Positions 28,905 to 39,480 of a DNA stretch of 64,000 bases are shown here, in pieces (positions within the stretch are counted from its first letter, which is position 1; each line of letters starts with the position of its first letter). The notes under the pieces are model-generated. The model was not told the DNA's origin, ran no database searches, and worked only from the letters and a program-made list of their open reading frames with translations. Both the position numbers and the translations under genes were made by a program. This stretch comes from an uncultured delta proteobacterium (lineage in GTDB: Bacteria > Desulfobacterota > Desulfuromonadia > Geobacterales > Pseudopelobacteraceae): assembly GCA_963772835.1 (NCBI GenBank), contig CAVYYZ010000012.1, positions 64,001 to 128,000 of the forward strand, given 5' to 3'.

Positions 28905-30890
28905 ATGACTTTTAAGAAAATTATCATCGCAGCCAGCTTGACCCTCACCGTTGCCGCAGCCGCCTTTGCTGAAGAAGCGAAAGAAACTCCTGCTGCTTCT
29001 GGGGCCGCCACTGCTGCCACCGCACAGACTCCTGCTTCAACACTGGCAATGTCTGCTACAGGCCTATCCACTCCGACCAATGCAGCCGCACTTGCTCCGG
29101 TTAAAAAAAGAGAGTTGAAGGCCAATAAGGTTGTTACCCTCTCTATGTTTGCTGTCATCATTGGCATCACTCTGGCCGTAGTCATCTGGGCAGCACGCCA
29201 GACCAAGACCGCCTCCGACTTCTACGCCGCCGGTGGTGGTATCACCGGGACACAAAACGGCTGGGCCATTGCCGGGGACTATATGTCGGCGGCCTCGTTC
29301 CTGGGGATTTCCGGCCTGATTTCGCTGTACGGCTATGACGGGTTCATGTACTCCGTCGGTTGGCTGGTAGCCTACATCACGGTTCTGCTGATCGTGGCCG
29401 AACCCTGCCGCAATGCCGGCAAGTACACCCTGGGTGATATTCTCTCATTCCGTACCGACCCGAAACCCGTCCGTGCATTGGCTGCCATTTCGACTGTGGC
29501 AGTCTCCACCTTCTATCTGACTGCACAGATGGTCGGCGCAGGAAAATTGATGGCTCTACTTGTCGGCGTACCGTACAAGACCGCCATCGTAGGCGTCGGC
29601 ATTCTGATGGTCGGCTACGTGGTCTTCGGCGGCATGACCGCCACAACCTGGGTACAGATCATCAAGGCCGGCCTGCTTATGTCTGGCGCCGCGCTACTGT
29701 CGGTACTGGTTCTGGCCAAGGCGGGATTCAACCCGATCCACTTCTTCGACATGATCGTTAACAGCCCCGACATCCAGGACCACGTTTCCAAGCTGGTGCT
29801 AAAAGACGGTATCACTCTTACCGGAGTGGATGCCGGTCAACGCTTCCTTGAGCCGGGTCTGTTTCTCAAAAACCCGCTTGATCAGATATCGCTTGGAATG
29901 GCCCTGGTTCTTGGCACCGCAGGCATGCCACACATCCTGATGCGCTTCTTCACCGTTCCGACCGCCCAGGCTGCGCGCAAGTCAGTTATCATTGCCATGT
30001 TCATCATCGGCCTGTTTTATGTCCTTACCACCCTTCTGGGGTTCGGCGCGGCCATTAACCTGACACCACAAGGCATTATTTCGGTTGACCCGGGCGGCAA
30101 CATGGCCACCCTGATGCTGGCAGAACAACTCGGTGCAGACATCGCTCCGATTGTTGGTGACCTGTTCCTGGCCTTCCTCTGTTCCGTTGCCTTCGCTACC
30201 ATTCTGGCCGTAGTATCAGGTCTTGTTCTGGCTGCGTCAGCTGCCATCGCCCACGATATCTATGTAAACGTCATCAAGGACGGCCATGCCGACCAGCATG
30301 AGCAGGTCATGGCTGCCCGCATCACCTCACTGGTTGTTGGAGCCGTCGGTATCATCATCGGTCTACTGGCCGAGAAAGCAAACGTTGCCCACCTGGTTGC
30401 CCTGGCGTTTGCGGTTGCCGCCTCCGGAAACCTGCCGGTTGTCGTTCTTTCGCTGTTCTGGCGTAAGTTCAACACAGCGGGCGTAATCTCAGGCCTTGTA
30501 GTAGGCACAATCGCTTCGATCGGACTTGTTATGGTTTCCCCCAACATGACCTATCCAAAAGTTGTGGCTGCAGGCGCACAGAAGGTTATCACCGCAATGG
30601 AGAAGAAGCAGGCGACCCTGCCTCCGGGGACCGCACTTGAAGAAAAAGATGCAAAAGCTCTTGCAAAGGCTCAAAAAGACGTATTAGGTAAAGACGGCAC
30701 CTCCATGATGGGTCTTGAGAAGCCGCTCTTCAATCTGAAGAACCCGGGCATTGTTTCCATTCCGCTGGGCTTTATTGCAGCGATTCTTGGATGCCTCATG
30801 TTCCCCAGCAGGCGTTCGGAAGAGATGTTTGACGAAGTTTATGTCCGGCAAAATACCGGCATTGGCATGGCCAAAGCAATAGATCACTGA
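28905..30890 (+). CDS. actP: Cation/acetate symporter (SSS family)
   Basis: FYAAGGGITG.QNG.AIAGDYMSAASFLG, GTAGMPHILMRFFTVP, EVYVRQNTGIG. Confidence 0.93.
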   Translation: MTFKKIIIAASLTLTVAAAAFAEEAKETPAASGAATAATAQTPASTLAMSATGLSTPTNAAALAPVKKRELKANKVVTLSMFAVIIGITLAVVIWAARQTKTASDFYAAGGGITGTQNGWAIAGDYMSAASFLGISGLISLYGYDGFMYSVGWLVAYITVLLIVAEPCRNAGKYTLGDILSFRTDPKPVRALAAISTVAVSTFYLTAQMVGAGKLMALLVGVPYKTAIVGVGILMVGYVVFGGMTATTWVQIIKAGLLMSGAALLSVLVLAKAGFNPIHFFDMIVNSPDIQDHVSKLVLKDGITLTGVDAGQRFLEPGLFLKNPLDQISLGMALVLGTAGMPHILMRFFTVPTAQAARKSVIIAMFIIGLFYVLTTLLGFGAAINLTPQGIISVDPGGNMATLMLAEQLGADIAPIVGDLFLAFLCSVAFATILAVVSGLVLAASAAIAHDIYVNVIKDGHADQHEQVMAARITSLVVGAVGIIIGLLAEKANVAHLVALAFAVAASGNLPVVVLSLFWRKFNTAGVISGLVVGTIASIGLVMVSPNMTYPKVVAAGAQKVITAMEKKQATLPPGTALEEKDAKALAKAQKDVLGKDGTSMMGLEKPLFNLKNPGIVSIPLGFIAAILGCLMFPSRRSEEMFDEVYVRQNTGIGMAKAIDH

Positions 30891-30920
30891 TATATTGAAT
30901 CATTGAAGATTATGATATAG

Positions 30921-30950
30921 TGGGGTGGCTTCGGCCATCCCATTTTTTTT
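30921..30950 (+). terminator. Intrinsic terminator after actP
   Basis: TGGGGTGGC-TTCG-GCCATCCCA followed by T-run. Confidence 0.85.
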
Positions 30951-30984
30951 CAAAGTTCCAAGCACCCTAACTGAAAGGATTTTT

Positions 30985-32127
30985 GTGGAAACCGTTTCAA
31001 TTGCCACATCTGACGGATACGAACTTTCATGCCTGCGGCGAGCAGTGATAAAGCTGCTGGAACCAATAGGAGGCATTTCTGCATTTATTAACAGCGGAGA
31101 TAGAGTCCTGCTTAAACCTAACCTACTGTCCGCAAAGGATCCTGACAAGGCCGTCACAACTCACCCCTCCCTGGTAAGGGTTGTTGCAGAACTGGTGCAA
31201 GAGGCCGGCGGAATTGTTTTGATTGGTGACAGCCCGGGTATCGGCGGATTTTCACGGGTCGCTGCGAAATGCGGAATGTATGATGCGGCACACGAAAGCG
31301 GTTCCTCTCTCGTTGAATTTGATGAGACAGTCGAACTCAAAGGTAACGGGACCTTTCGTTCTATTCGTCTGGCCCGCGTCTATTACGAGGCAGATAGAAT
31401 AATAAACCTTCCCAAACTAAAAACACATGAAATGATGACGATGACCTGTGCGGTCAAAAATCTTTTTGGAGCGGTCATCGGCGCTGAAAAGGCGGGTTGG
31501 CATCTAAACGCGGGCAGTTCGCGGCAGTTGTTTGCGAGGCTGCTTCTTGAAATATATCAACTTAAAAAACCTACTCTGAATATTGTTGACGCGATATATG
31601 CGATGGAAGGAAACGGCCCGGGAAATGGCGACCCGATCAAACTCGGCCTGTTAATCGCGGGAGTAAATCCGGTAGCAGTAGACGTAATTGCAGGGAGATT
31701 GGCGGGGATACCTGCCGAACTGCTGTACATCGAACGCGAAGCAGCCTGCATAGGACTGCCGGGAGCATCAATTAACGACATTCTGCTCTGCGGCACACCG
31801 ATTGATACAATTGCGAAGACTATCTTCAGACTGCCCGCCGGCCTCGACGTTCAGTTCGGTCTTCCCGCCTTTCTCACGAATGCACTAAAGAACCATCTGA
31901 CATCGTACCCTGCAGCCGATGCGAAATCGTGCGTGTTATGCGGCATCTGTCGCGATGCCTGCCCACCGGGAGCAATCACAATACAAAACAGCGCGCTGTC
32001 AGTTGACAATACGCGCTGTATTCGCTGTTGGTGCTGTCGGGAGCTTTGTCCTCACGATGCCATGGCGACAAAGAGAAGAGTGTTACTCAGTATTCTGATG
32101 TGGTTATTCCGGGTGAAAAACGCCTAA
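30985..32127 (+). CDS. DUF362 domain protein with C-terminal 2x[4Fe-4S]
   Basis: VLLKPNLL, TTHP, NLPKLKTH, MEGNGP; CVLCGICRDACP and CIRCWCCRELCP; AAGGA SD before GTG. Confidence 0.88.
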   Translation: METVSIATSDGYELSCLRRAVIKLLEPIGGISAFINSGDRVLLKPNLLSAKDPDKAVTTHPSLVRVVAELVQEAGGIVLIGDSPGIGGFSRVAAKCGMYDAAHESGSSLVEFDETVELKGNGTFRSIRLARVYYEADRIINLPKLKTHEMMTMTCAVKNLFGAVIGAEKAGWHLNAGSSRQLFARLLLEIYQLKKPTLNIVDAIYAMEGNGPGNGDPIKLGLLIAGVNPVAVDVIAGRLAGIPAELLYIEREAACIGLPGASINDILLCGTPIDTIAKTIFRLPAGLDVQFGLPAFLTNALKNHLTSYPAADAKSCVLCGICRDACPPGAITIQNSALSVDNTRCIRCWCCRELCPHDAMATKRRVLLSILMWLFRVKNA

Positions 32128-32864
32128 GATTCATCCTCTTCGGCACCAAGCGGAATTTCACGGTAGGCTCTTTCCTCCTCAACCCGTTTGGTTTGGGCCT
32201 GGAGCTTTTCAAGATCAGACTTGCATTTCACACAATGCCGGGTAAAAGGCATTGCTTTAAGTCTTCCAAGAGGAATGTCCTCATCACATTCCTCACAAAT
32301 ACCATAATCACCCTCATCAATGCGCAGCAACGCCTCATCGATACTATGAATCTTTTCGCGCTCTCGATCACCGAGCAACAGCCCCAACTCCCGATCACGC
32401 TCTGAAGACGCCTGATCATAAATATCTCCACCCGGCTCAATTGCAGCTACCGCTTCCGTACCGTTCTTAACCGATTTCCGGATCTCGCGGAGTGTGTCTT
32501 CTTTCAGTTTTTCAAGAATTAACCTGATTTCCTGCCACTTTTTATCCTGATATACCATGGAAGGAATGGCTGGAGCGGCTTGATTAACTTCAATCGTAAC
32601 TTTTTGAAGCGTTGTTTTTTCGTCGTTCTCAGCAGTTTTGGAATAGATCTCCTGCCGAGCCTCCGGAGGAACTGTCAAAGGTTGCGGTTTTGATTTTGAA
32701 GAGCTTTTTGTTGATTTAGAAACCGCCATCTGCCCCGACTCATGAAGGGTAGAGGTTTCTTTTACTGTACTCGTACCCTTCTTTTTTTCTGATCCCGGTA
32801 CAGGTGGTATTACATTCACTGTTTTTGGTACAGACTCTTTGGTTGCGTTAGTTTTTGTCGCCAT
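32124..32864 (-). CDS. dksA: DksA/TraR C4 zinc-finger protein with long N-terminal extension
   Basis: DIYDQA coiled-coil tip, YGICEEC..IP..RL.AMPFTRHCVKC. Confidence 0.88.
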   Translation of the reverse strand: MATKTNATKESVPKTVNVIPPVPGSEKKKGTSTVKETSTLHESGQMAVSKSTKSSSKSKPQPLTVPPEARQEIYSKTAENDEKTTLQKVTIEVNQAAPAIPSMVYQDKKWQEIRLILEKLKEDTLREIRKSVKNGTEAVAAIEPGGDIYDQASSERDRELGLLLGDREREKIHSIDEALLRIDEGDYGICEECDEDIPLGRLKAMPFTRHCVKCKSDLEKLQAQTKRVEEERAYREIPLGAEEDES

Positions 32865-33092
32865 AATGTATCATCTCCGCGTGCTGGATAGAAGTAGCAT
32901 AACCTTAAAAAACGGCGGCAAACTATCACAAATTACGGATGATTTGTCAAGCTCTGCGTAACAGGGAAGACGCGTATATTCTGTGTGAAGCCTTCTGCCT
33001 TGGAGATACATGAAAATAAAAATAAAAAGACCACACTGGAGGCCATGTACGGCAGATCCAATGTGGCCTGAAGTAGTTGTAGATTTTATTAC

Positions 33093-33650
33093 CTATTTAA
33101 CGGCAACAAATTCTGCCCGTCTATTTTTTGCCCAGGCAGCTTCGTCATTCCCGATAACGGCAGGTTTTTCTTTGCCATAGCTGATAACGGAGAGGTTTTC
33201 AGATTTAACGCCTAGAGTCGTTAAATACTTCTGGACAGAGCTTGCACGTCGCTCACCAAGTGCCAGGTTGTATTCAGCCGAACCGCGCTCATCACAATGT
33301 CCTTCGATCTGAACCTTTCCACCGGCCATCGATTTAAGAATCATTTCAGCATTTTTTGAGAGCACATCACGCGCATCCTGACGAAGATCCGATTTATCAA
33401 AATCAAAATAAACGGTTTCAAATTTAATTTCAACAGGCGCAGGTTTTGGAGCAATCGTCTCCACCGGTGCAGCCTGTACCGGCTTTGCCTGTTCGACAGG
33501 TTTGGCCGCTTCAACCGGCTTGGCCGGCTCGACTTTTGCCACAGGGACAACCGGCTCTTCCTTTTTAACTGTTTCCTTGTTTGCACAGCCACCAGCAAGT
33601 AATGCGACCATACTGACACCTGCCAACAACGCTACCAATTTACCATTCAT
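33093..33650 (-). CDS. pal: Peptidoglycan-associated lipoprotein
   Basis: Lipobox AGGC, VYFDFDKS, IEGHCDERGS.EYNLALGERRA, NRRAEF. Confidence 0.96.
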   Translation of the reverse strand: MNGKLVALLAGVSMVALLAGGCANKETVKKEEPVVPVAKVEPAKPVEAAKPVEQAKPVQAAPVETIAPKPAPVEIKFETVYFDFDKSDLRQDARDVLSKNAEMILKSMAGGKVQIEGHCDERGSAEYNLALGERRASSVQKYLTTLGVKSENLSVISYGKEKPAVIGNDEAAWAKNRRAEFVAVK

Positions 33651-33779
33651 ACTGACTCCTGTTCTGCAAAAATGAGGCGCAATGCCTTGGATATTACACG
33701 TGAAACGATTATACATAACAGCGTTAGTATTGCAATAGATAATAAAACAATCCCTCTGTAATGATTCCATTAAGCATCA

Positions 33780-35060
33780 TCAGTACGCTGACCAGACGGG
33801 TTGGAAATACCCCCCTTTCCCTTGAGAAACTTTAATCTGACCGGTCCCGTCGGAGCGCATTACATAAATCCCGGACTCACTTCTCCGCCTGGAACTGAAA
33901 CAGATAAAACGACCATCGGCAGACCAGGAGGGATTTTCATTATTGCCATCAAAGGTAAGTTGAGTATCCGAAGAACCATCCGGAGAAATGGTAAAAATAT
34001 TGAACCCCCCACTCGTCATCCTCGAGTATGCTACTCTATCACCTTTTGGAGACCAGCGGGGATTAACGTTGTAGCTGCCGGATGTAGTCAATCGCCTGAC
34101 AGCACCTCCATCGGCATTCATGATAAATATCTGCGGCTTCCCCAGACGATCCGACACAAAAGCGATCTGTCTGCCGTCCGGTGACCAGGCCGGGTAGAGA
34201 TCAAGAGCAGGATTAATAGTTAATCTGGCTGGATGACTGCCATCCTTATCAAGAGTATATATCTCAGCATCTCCATCCTTGCTGAGTGCAAGCGCAATTT
34301 TACTGCCATCAGGTGACCAACTGCCGGTTATATTCAGCCCCTTGCGACGAGAAAGCGCAACTTCAGCCGTATTTGAAAGCGAGCGGCGATATAAATCCGG
34401 GTTGCCTCGTTTATATGATGTGAAGATGATCTCCCTACCATCCGGAGAAAAATTCGGGTTCAGGTTGATAGAGCCGTTTTTTGTCAAAGGGAGTGGATTA
34501 TAACCGTCCCAATCCATGACGTATATTTCCTTATTACCGGTTTGAGTAGATACAAAGGCGATCCTGGTGGTAAATATACCCTTTTCACCGGTAATTGCCC
34601 GAAGAAGTTCATCAGAAAACAAGTGACTGAATCGGCGAATGTCTTTTGCCGTGCCGAGATACCGTTTTTCGGTTATTATGTTGCGGTTGACAACATCAAT
34701 GAGGCGAAAATCAATTGTCAACCTTTCACCTACTAGACTGTATTCACCTCGAACCAACAGGTCGAATCCCTTACTCCGCCACGGTACAAAATCAACCTCT
34801 GTCATTACCTTATTTGATACAGCCGTCTGTGGCGGCTGGCTTTCTGCGGTGACAATACCGGACATATTCATATCAGCGGCGATTACATCTGTGACCAGCG
34901 TGGTAATCCCTGAATTTACTGGTACGTCAAGTGCGTTCGGCGGCTCTACGGCCATCTTCAACAGACGATTACCCGGAGCACTGACTTCTATATAACCGGA
35001 CTGGGCACACAGCAGCCCTGGTGAGATAGTGAAAAAAAGAATTATCAGGAATATTTTCAT
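33780..35060 (-). CDS. tolB: Tol-Pal beta-propeller protein
   Basis: GIFTTRIAFV and repeated P.WSPDG blades. Confidence 0.93.
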   Translation of the reverse strand: MKIFLIILFFTISPGLLCAQSGYIEVSAPGNRLLKMAVEPPNALDVPVNSGITTLVTDVIAADMNMSGIVTAESQPPQTAVSNKVMTEVDFVPWRSKGFDLLVRGEYSLVGERLTIDFRLIDVVNRNIITEKRYLGTAKDIRRFSHLFSDELLRAITGEKGIFTTRIAFVSTQTGNKEIYVMDWDGYNPLPLTKNGSINLNPNFSPDGREIIFTSYKRGNPDLYRRSLSNTAEVALSRRKGLNITGSWSPDGSKIALALSKDGDAEIYTLDKDGSHPARLTINPALDLYPAWSPDGRQIAFVSDRLGKPQIFIMNADGGAVRRLTTSGSYNVNPRWSPKGDRVAYSRMTSGGFNIFTISPDGSSDTQLTFDGNNENPSWSADGRFICFSSRRRSESGIYVMRSDGTGQIKVSQGKGGYFQPVWSAY

Positions 35061-35075
35061 TATGTATCCAGTGTG

Positions 35076-35813
35076 TTATCTTTTTGCCTTGTTAGATATA
35101 CTCTTCGGTTTGAAAACAAAGCCGTTTTCAAAAACAGAACGGTTTGGAGGGGCGGTAAATTTTTCGCTTGCGAGGTCGATAGCCCGCCTGACAGACAGTT
35201 CAAATGCAGCATCACCGCTGCTTCGCTCAATTTTCATACTCATAAGCTTGCCATCGGCACCTATAGTCAATCGCACGACCACTTCCGGATTTTTAGTAGT
35301 GTAGCTGCTCGTTACTTTCAATGCATCTTCAAGCCTTGATTTGATGTAATCCCCATAACGGCTGCCTGCCCCGGCACCTCCGGTTCCAGGAGTAACGACA
35401 GATGGGCCGCTGCCTGCCGTAACCTTTCTTCGCAATTTTTCAAGAACGGTTGCTTCATGACGTGCCTCGTTGCGCCTCTCTAACCGCGCCATCCTTTCAT
35501 CAAAAGCTGATTCGGTTTCAGTGGATTCTCGCGGGGACTCCTTCGCGATGGCTTTTGAAGCCGTTTTGAGCGAAGTTGGCGCCGGAACTGGTAATGGCTC
35601 GGCCTCGACCGGTTTTAAAGCAGGGCTTCCTGAATGGTGGTCGGCGGCAGGTAGATTAACGACGTCCACGTAATAAGTTTCCTGAACAGCCACCTGCTGA
35701 GGAAACATTCTACCCCACCACACCAGCAATAAAAAAACCGCCAGGTGAATGACGGCTGAGGTGATCAAACTGACACCGGCACCGGTGTCCATTTTTGCAA
35801 CACGGGAACTCAT
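35076..35813 (-). CDS. tolA: TolA/TonB-like energy transducer
   Basis: N-terminal TM with S..IH motif, C-terminal SSGDAAFELSVRRAI; between tolR and tolB. Confidence 0.8.
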   Translation of the reverse strand: MSSRVAKMDTGAGVSLITSAVIHLAVFLLLVWWGRMFPQQVAVQETYYVDVVNLPAADHHSGSPALKPVEAEPLPVPAPTSLKTASKAIAKESPRESTETESAFDERMARLERRNEARHEATVLEKLRRKVTAGSGPSVVTPGTGGAGAGSRYGDYIKSRLEDALKVTSSYTTKNPEVVVRLTIGADGKLMSMKIERSSGDAAFELSVRRAIDLASEKFTAPPNRSVFENGFVFKPKSISNKAKR

Positions 35814-36226
35814 TATTTTGCAGCCGGTTCCGTTACCATGCCAAGACGTTCAATTCCAGCCCCCTTGATATCGGCCATGGTTCGTACAACCTCGCCATAC
35901 TGCACTCCTGCATCGGCTTTTAAAAACACCTCTTTTTTCGAGCGGGTGGCAAACATACTGGAAAGGCGCTTGCGTAATTCAGCTGCAGGCACCTCCTCCT
36001 TGTCGATAAAGACTTTCCCGTTTTTGTCAACTGAGACAACTACTGACTCCTCGGCAGGAGTCATAGCTTTGGTGTCAGCTTTCGGAAGGTTGACCTGAAC
36101 CCCCTGCTGCATCATCGGTGCGGTCACCATGAAAATAACCAGCAACACCAGCATAACATCAACCAACGGAGTGACGTTTATCTCGGCCATAACGGCACGA
36201 TTATTGTTCTGCCCTCCCATGGCCAT
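35813..36226 (-). CDS. tolR: TolR
   Basis: EINVTPLVDVMLVLLVIFMVTAP, LKAD. Confidence 0.95.
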   Translation of the reverse strand: MAMGGQNNNRAVMAEINVTPLVDVMLVLLVIFMVTAPMMQQGVQVNLPKADTKAMTPAEESVVVSVDKNGKVFIDKEEVPAAELRKRLSSMFATRSKKEVFLKADAGVQYGEVVRTMADIKGAGIERLGMVTEPAAK

Positions 36227-36229
36227 GGT

Positions 36230-36901
36230 CTATTTCCCCGCGATATTGCGTTGCACGATATTGAGAAACTCCGTAGAGAAGCTGTCCATCTCATTAATCA
36301 GCACGCGAATTTTATGTTGGAAATGATTGTAGGCCATGACTGCCGGTATGGCTGCAACGAGACCGATGGCAGTAGCGATCAGCGCCTCGGCAATACCGGG
36401 AGCGACAACAGCCAGCGAAGCGGAACCGGTCTTACCGATACCTTCAAAAGCAGTCATTATGCCCCAGACGGTTCCGAACAGACCGATAAAAGGTGATGTG
36501 GATCCGGTTGTTGCAAGGAACGTCAGATACTTTTCAAGCCGGGTTATCTCGGAATTCGTTGCACGCCGCAGTGCGCGAGAAACATTCTCAACCCCCCCAA
36601 GATCTGTGCTTAGAGCGCTACCATCGCTCCTGCTATCGTTTTCAACAACTTTCTTAAGCTCGCTGTACCCCTCATTAAAGAGAACCGTTAGCGGAGAGTT
36701 GGCAAATCGGTCTACCTGGGATGCGATTGAGTCAAACCGCTTGGACTTCCAGAAAAAATCCATAAAAAGTTCAGATTCGCTTTTAGCCCGCTGAACCTGA
36801 AAAAATTTGAACAGTATGATTGCCCACGAAACAACCGAAAATGAAAACAGCAACAAGAGGACAAGCTTAACAATAATGCCTGCGCCGAGGATTATGGCCA
36901 C
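36230..36901 (-). CDS. tolQ: TolQ
   Basis: SPFIGLFGTVWGIM, VAPGIAEALIATA; GGAGG SD before GTG 36901. Confidence 0.95.
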   Translation of the reverse strand: MAIILGAGIIVKLVLLLLFSFSVVSWAIILFKFFQVQRAKSESELFMDFFWKSKRFDSIASQVDRFANSPLTVLFNEGYSELKKVVENDSRSDGSALSTDLGGVENVSRALRRATNSEITRLEKYLTFLATTGSTSPFIGLFGTVWGIMTAFEGIGKTGSASLAVVAPGIAEALIATAIGLVAAIPAVMAYNHFQHKIRVLINEMDSFSTEFLNIVQRNIAGK

Positions 36902-37113
36902 GGATGATACCTCCACAAAGTTAGAAACCACAAAACCGTAGTACTTTCAAACAGTCAAGTCAAGACAAAACAGGTGAATCCCGTGTGAATTGGAGAAGAA
37001 CTTTTCAGGAGATTTTCGGCATAGAACGGTTTCGCTAGAGCACGTATCTAGACTTCTCTTGCCTCGCAATTTGCCCGTTTGCATACGTACCCTGTGTATC
37101 ACATCTGGACTTT

Positions 37114-38310
37114 TTAAAGTTTCGCTAATTGCGCAGCGACATGATCGAGAATGACCCCGGCCAATTGATCCTTGGACATCAAGCCGCACTGAAAGCTGCC
37201 GCCATCCTTAGACAATAGCAATGCCCTGTTTGTATCCACATTGAAACCGGCATCAGGCTGACTGACGTCATTGGCAATTATCATATCCACATTCTTCTCA
37301 TTCAGTTTCTTTGCCGCGTTTTCAGATAACGCATCGGTCTCTGCAGCAAATCCAACAAGAAACGGTCGCCTGTTCATGGCACCCAGTCCGGCAAGAATAT
37401 CAGGGTTTTTAACCAGTTCGAGAGTAATTGAATCTGCCTTTTTCTTGATTTTCGTACTGTTCCTCAGTAATGGACGATAGTCAGCTACCGCCGCCGCCTT
37501 GATAACTACATCACATTCGGTCGCATGTGCCATTACTTCACGCTGCATCTCGGTAGCGCATATAACCGGGATGACGTGGACTCCTTCCGGTATGGTCAAA
37601 GATGTCGGTCCACTGATCAATAGCACACGTGCTCCTCGTTGCATTGCTGCCCGTGCCAGTGCATAACCCATCTTGCCGGATGAATGGTTGCTTATGTAGC
37701 GGACTGGGTCGATCTCCTCACGAGTAGGTCCTGCGGTGATCATAATAGTGCGCCCTGCCAGATCTTTCGGGCTCAGCACTGCAACGGCCATTTCGAATAT
37801 TGTCTCCGGAGATGATAGCTTGCCTTCTCCTTCCCAACCACAAGCCAGACTCCCGCTGACCGGAGCTACAAACTGATAGCCGAAACGCCGCAGCTTATCT
37901 TCGTTTTCCTGATAGATCGGATTATTGTACATGTTCACATTCATCGCGGGAGCAAACATCACCGGAGCTTTGCAGGCCATGACGGTCGTCGTGAGCATAT
38001 CGTCGGCGATGCCCGCAGCTATTTTACCGATAATGTTGGCCGTAGCCGGCGCAACAATGAACAGGTCGGCGCGGTCCGCAAGAGATATATGCCCGATTTC
38101 CCGCTCATCAATCAGGTTAAACAGTCCAATATGGACCGGGTTCGATGACAATGTTTGGAAAGTAAGCGGGGCGACGAACTCCTGGGCGGCTCTTGTCATG
38201 ATCACATGAACATCAGCACCTGCCTTGGTCAATAGACGTAGAAGCTCAATCGCCTTGTAGGCAGCTATTCCACCGCATACACCCAGAATTATCGTTTTAT
38301 CCCGTAACAT
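37114..38310 (-). CDS. coaBC: Phosphopantothenoylcysteine decarboxylase/ligase
   Basis: GGIAAYK, APATAN, PAMN, TAGPTRE.IDPVRYISN.SSGKMG, VGFAAET. Confidence 0.97.
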   Translation of the reverse strand: MLRDKTIILGVCGGIAAYKAIELLRLLTKAGADVHVIMTRAAQEFVAPLTFQTLSSNPVHIGLFNLIDEREIGHISLADRADLFIVAPATANIIGKIAAGIADDMLTTTVMACKAPVMFAPAMNVNMYNNPIYQENEDKLRRFGYQFVAPVSGSLACGWEGEGKLSSPETIFEMAVAVLSPKDLAGRTIMITAGPTREEIDPVRYISNHSSGKMGYALARAAMQRGARVLLISGPTSLTIPEGVHVIPVICATEMQREVMAHATECDVVIKAAAVADYRPLLRNSTKIKKKADSITLELVKNPDILAGLGAMNRRPFLVGFAAETDALSENAAKKLNEKNVDMIIANDVSQPDAGFNVDTNRALLLSKDGGSFQCGLMSKDQLAGVILDHVAAQLAKL

Positions 38311-38325
38311 ATAATAGGCTCCGCC

Positions 38326-38949
38326 TCAGAAATATGGATTGCATTTTTTTTCGTGACCAATGGTAGTCATCGGGCCATGTCCAGGATAGGCACGCGTATC
38401 GTCAGAAAGCGTAAACAGCTTTATGCGAATCGATTCCAACAACTGCTCGTGTGACCCTCCCGGCAGGTCGGTACGACCGATTGAGTCCGCGAAAAGTGTA
38501 TCGCCTGTAATAACAGTATTCTCTTTTTCGATGAGAAGACAGCAGCCTCCCTGTGTGTGGCCTGGAGTATGCAGCACTTTAATAGTGCAACCGCCGAAAT
38601 TTATTTCCATTCCATCATACAGAAATTCATCCGGTTCCGGTGAATTTTCACCTGTCATGCCGTACATACCCGCCACTTCAGCAACCTTGCCAAGCAGGTA
38701 CGCATCAGCCTGGTGAATAAGGAGGCGAGCGTCAAAAGATGTTATCGCACGCCTGTTACCGCCTATATGATCAAAATGGCCGTGGGTGTTGATGATTTTA
38801 CTGACATTCAGCCCGTGTTTCCGGACCGCTTTTTCGATCAACTCTACATCTCCACCCGGGTCAACGACAATTCCTTCATGACTGCTTTCGCACCCAAGCA
38901 CAAAACAGTTGACCGAAAGCGGCCCTACAGCTATCTCCTCAAGTATCAT
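38326..38949 (-). CDS. MBL-fold metallo-hydrolase (glyoxalase II-like)
   Basis: THGHFDH, HTPGHT, GDTLF, PGHG. Confidence 0.93.
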   Translation of the reverse strand: MILEEIAVGPLSVNCFVLGCESSHEGIVVDPGGDVELIEKAVRKHGLNVSKIINTHGHFDHIGGNRRAITSFDARLLIHQADAYLLGKVAEVAGMYGMTGENSPEPDEFLYDGMEINFGGCTIKVLHTPGHTQGGCCLLIEKENTVITGDTLFADSIGRTDLPGGSHEQLLESIRIKLFTLSDDTRAYPGHGPMTTIGHEKKCNPYF

Positions 38950-39024
38950 ATTTTTCTCCCCTGTTATTGACTTCAATCATGAAACTGCTACAATGGCCTC
39001 CAGATGGTTATGAAGGGATTACTT

Positions 39025-39213
39025 ATGGACAGGAAAGCTTTTGTAGACCAAGATAACTGCATCAGTTGCGGCCTGTGCGTTTCAATCTGTCCTGCCGTGT
39101 TTCGTTTTAACAGTTCCGGCAAATCAGAGGCGTACGACCCGTCCGGCGCGTCTGAAAAAGATATTCAACAGGCAATTGACGGCTGCCCGGTGCAATGCAT
39201 CAGCCTGGAATGA
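39025..39213 (+). CDS. Single-cluster [4Fe-4S] ferredoxin
   Basis: CISCGLC...CP and AIDGCPVQCI. Confidence 0.92.
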   Translation: MDRKAFVDQDNCISCGLCVSICPAVFRFNSSGKSEAYDPSGASEKDIQQAIDGCPVQCISLE

Positions 39214-39239
39214 CACATCACACAGAAAAGGAGTAACAC

Positions 39240-39398
39240 ATGGAACGATGGATCTGCACTATCTGCCAGTATGTCTATGACCCCGCTGTTGGCGATCCTG
39301 ATCGCGGGATTGAGCCTGGCACCTCATTTGAGGCGCTCCCTGACGACTGGAGTTGCCCGCTTTGCGGAGCCGGCAAAGACGTATTCGAAAAAGAATAA
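39240..39398 (+). CDS. Rubredoxin (52 aa; absent from the ORF track)
   Basis: Hand translation [60 protein letters not shown]. Confidence 0.96.
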   Translation: MERWICTICQYVYDPAVGDPDRGIEPGTSFEALPDDWSCPLCGAGKDVFEKE

Positions 39399-39426
39399 TC
39401 TGTCAGACAGAAAAATGTTACAAATC

Positions 39427-39467
39427 AAGCGAGGAAGCCTACCACACGGAAGGCTTCCTCGCTTTTT
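39427..39467. terminator. Terminator hairpin between convergent rubredoxin and aminotransferase genes
   Basis: AAGCGAGGAAGCCT / AGGCTTCCTCGCTT stem plus T-run. Confidence 0.8.
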
Positions 39468-39480
39468 CAGAATATCGTTG

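Noticed and set aside
33440..33560. AKPVE-type repeats in Pal
   Set aside because: Ordinary low-complexity lipoprotein linker
36935..37113. Possible ncRNA (e.g. 6S) between coaBC and tolQ
   Set aside because: No long self-complementary rod or recognisable consensus; consistent with a promoter region
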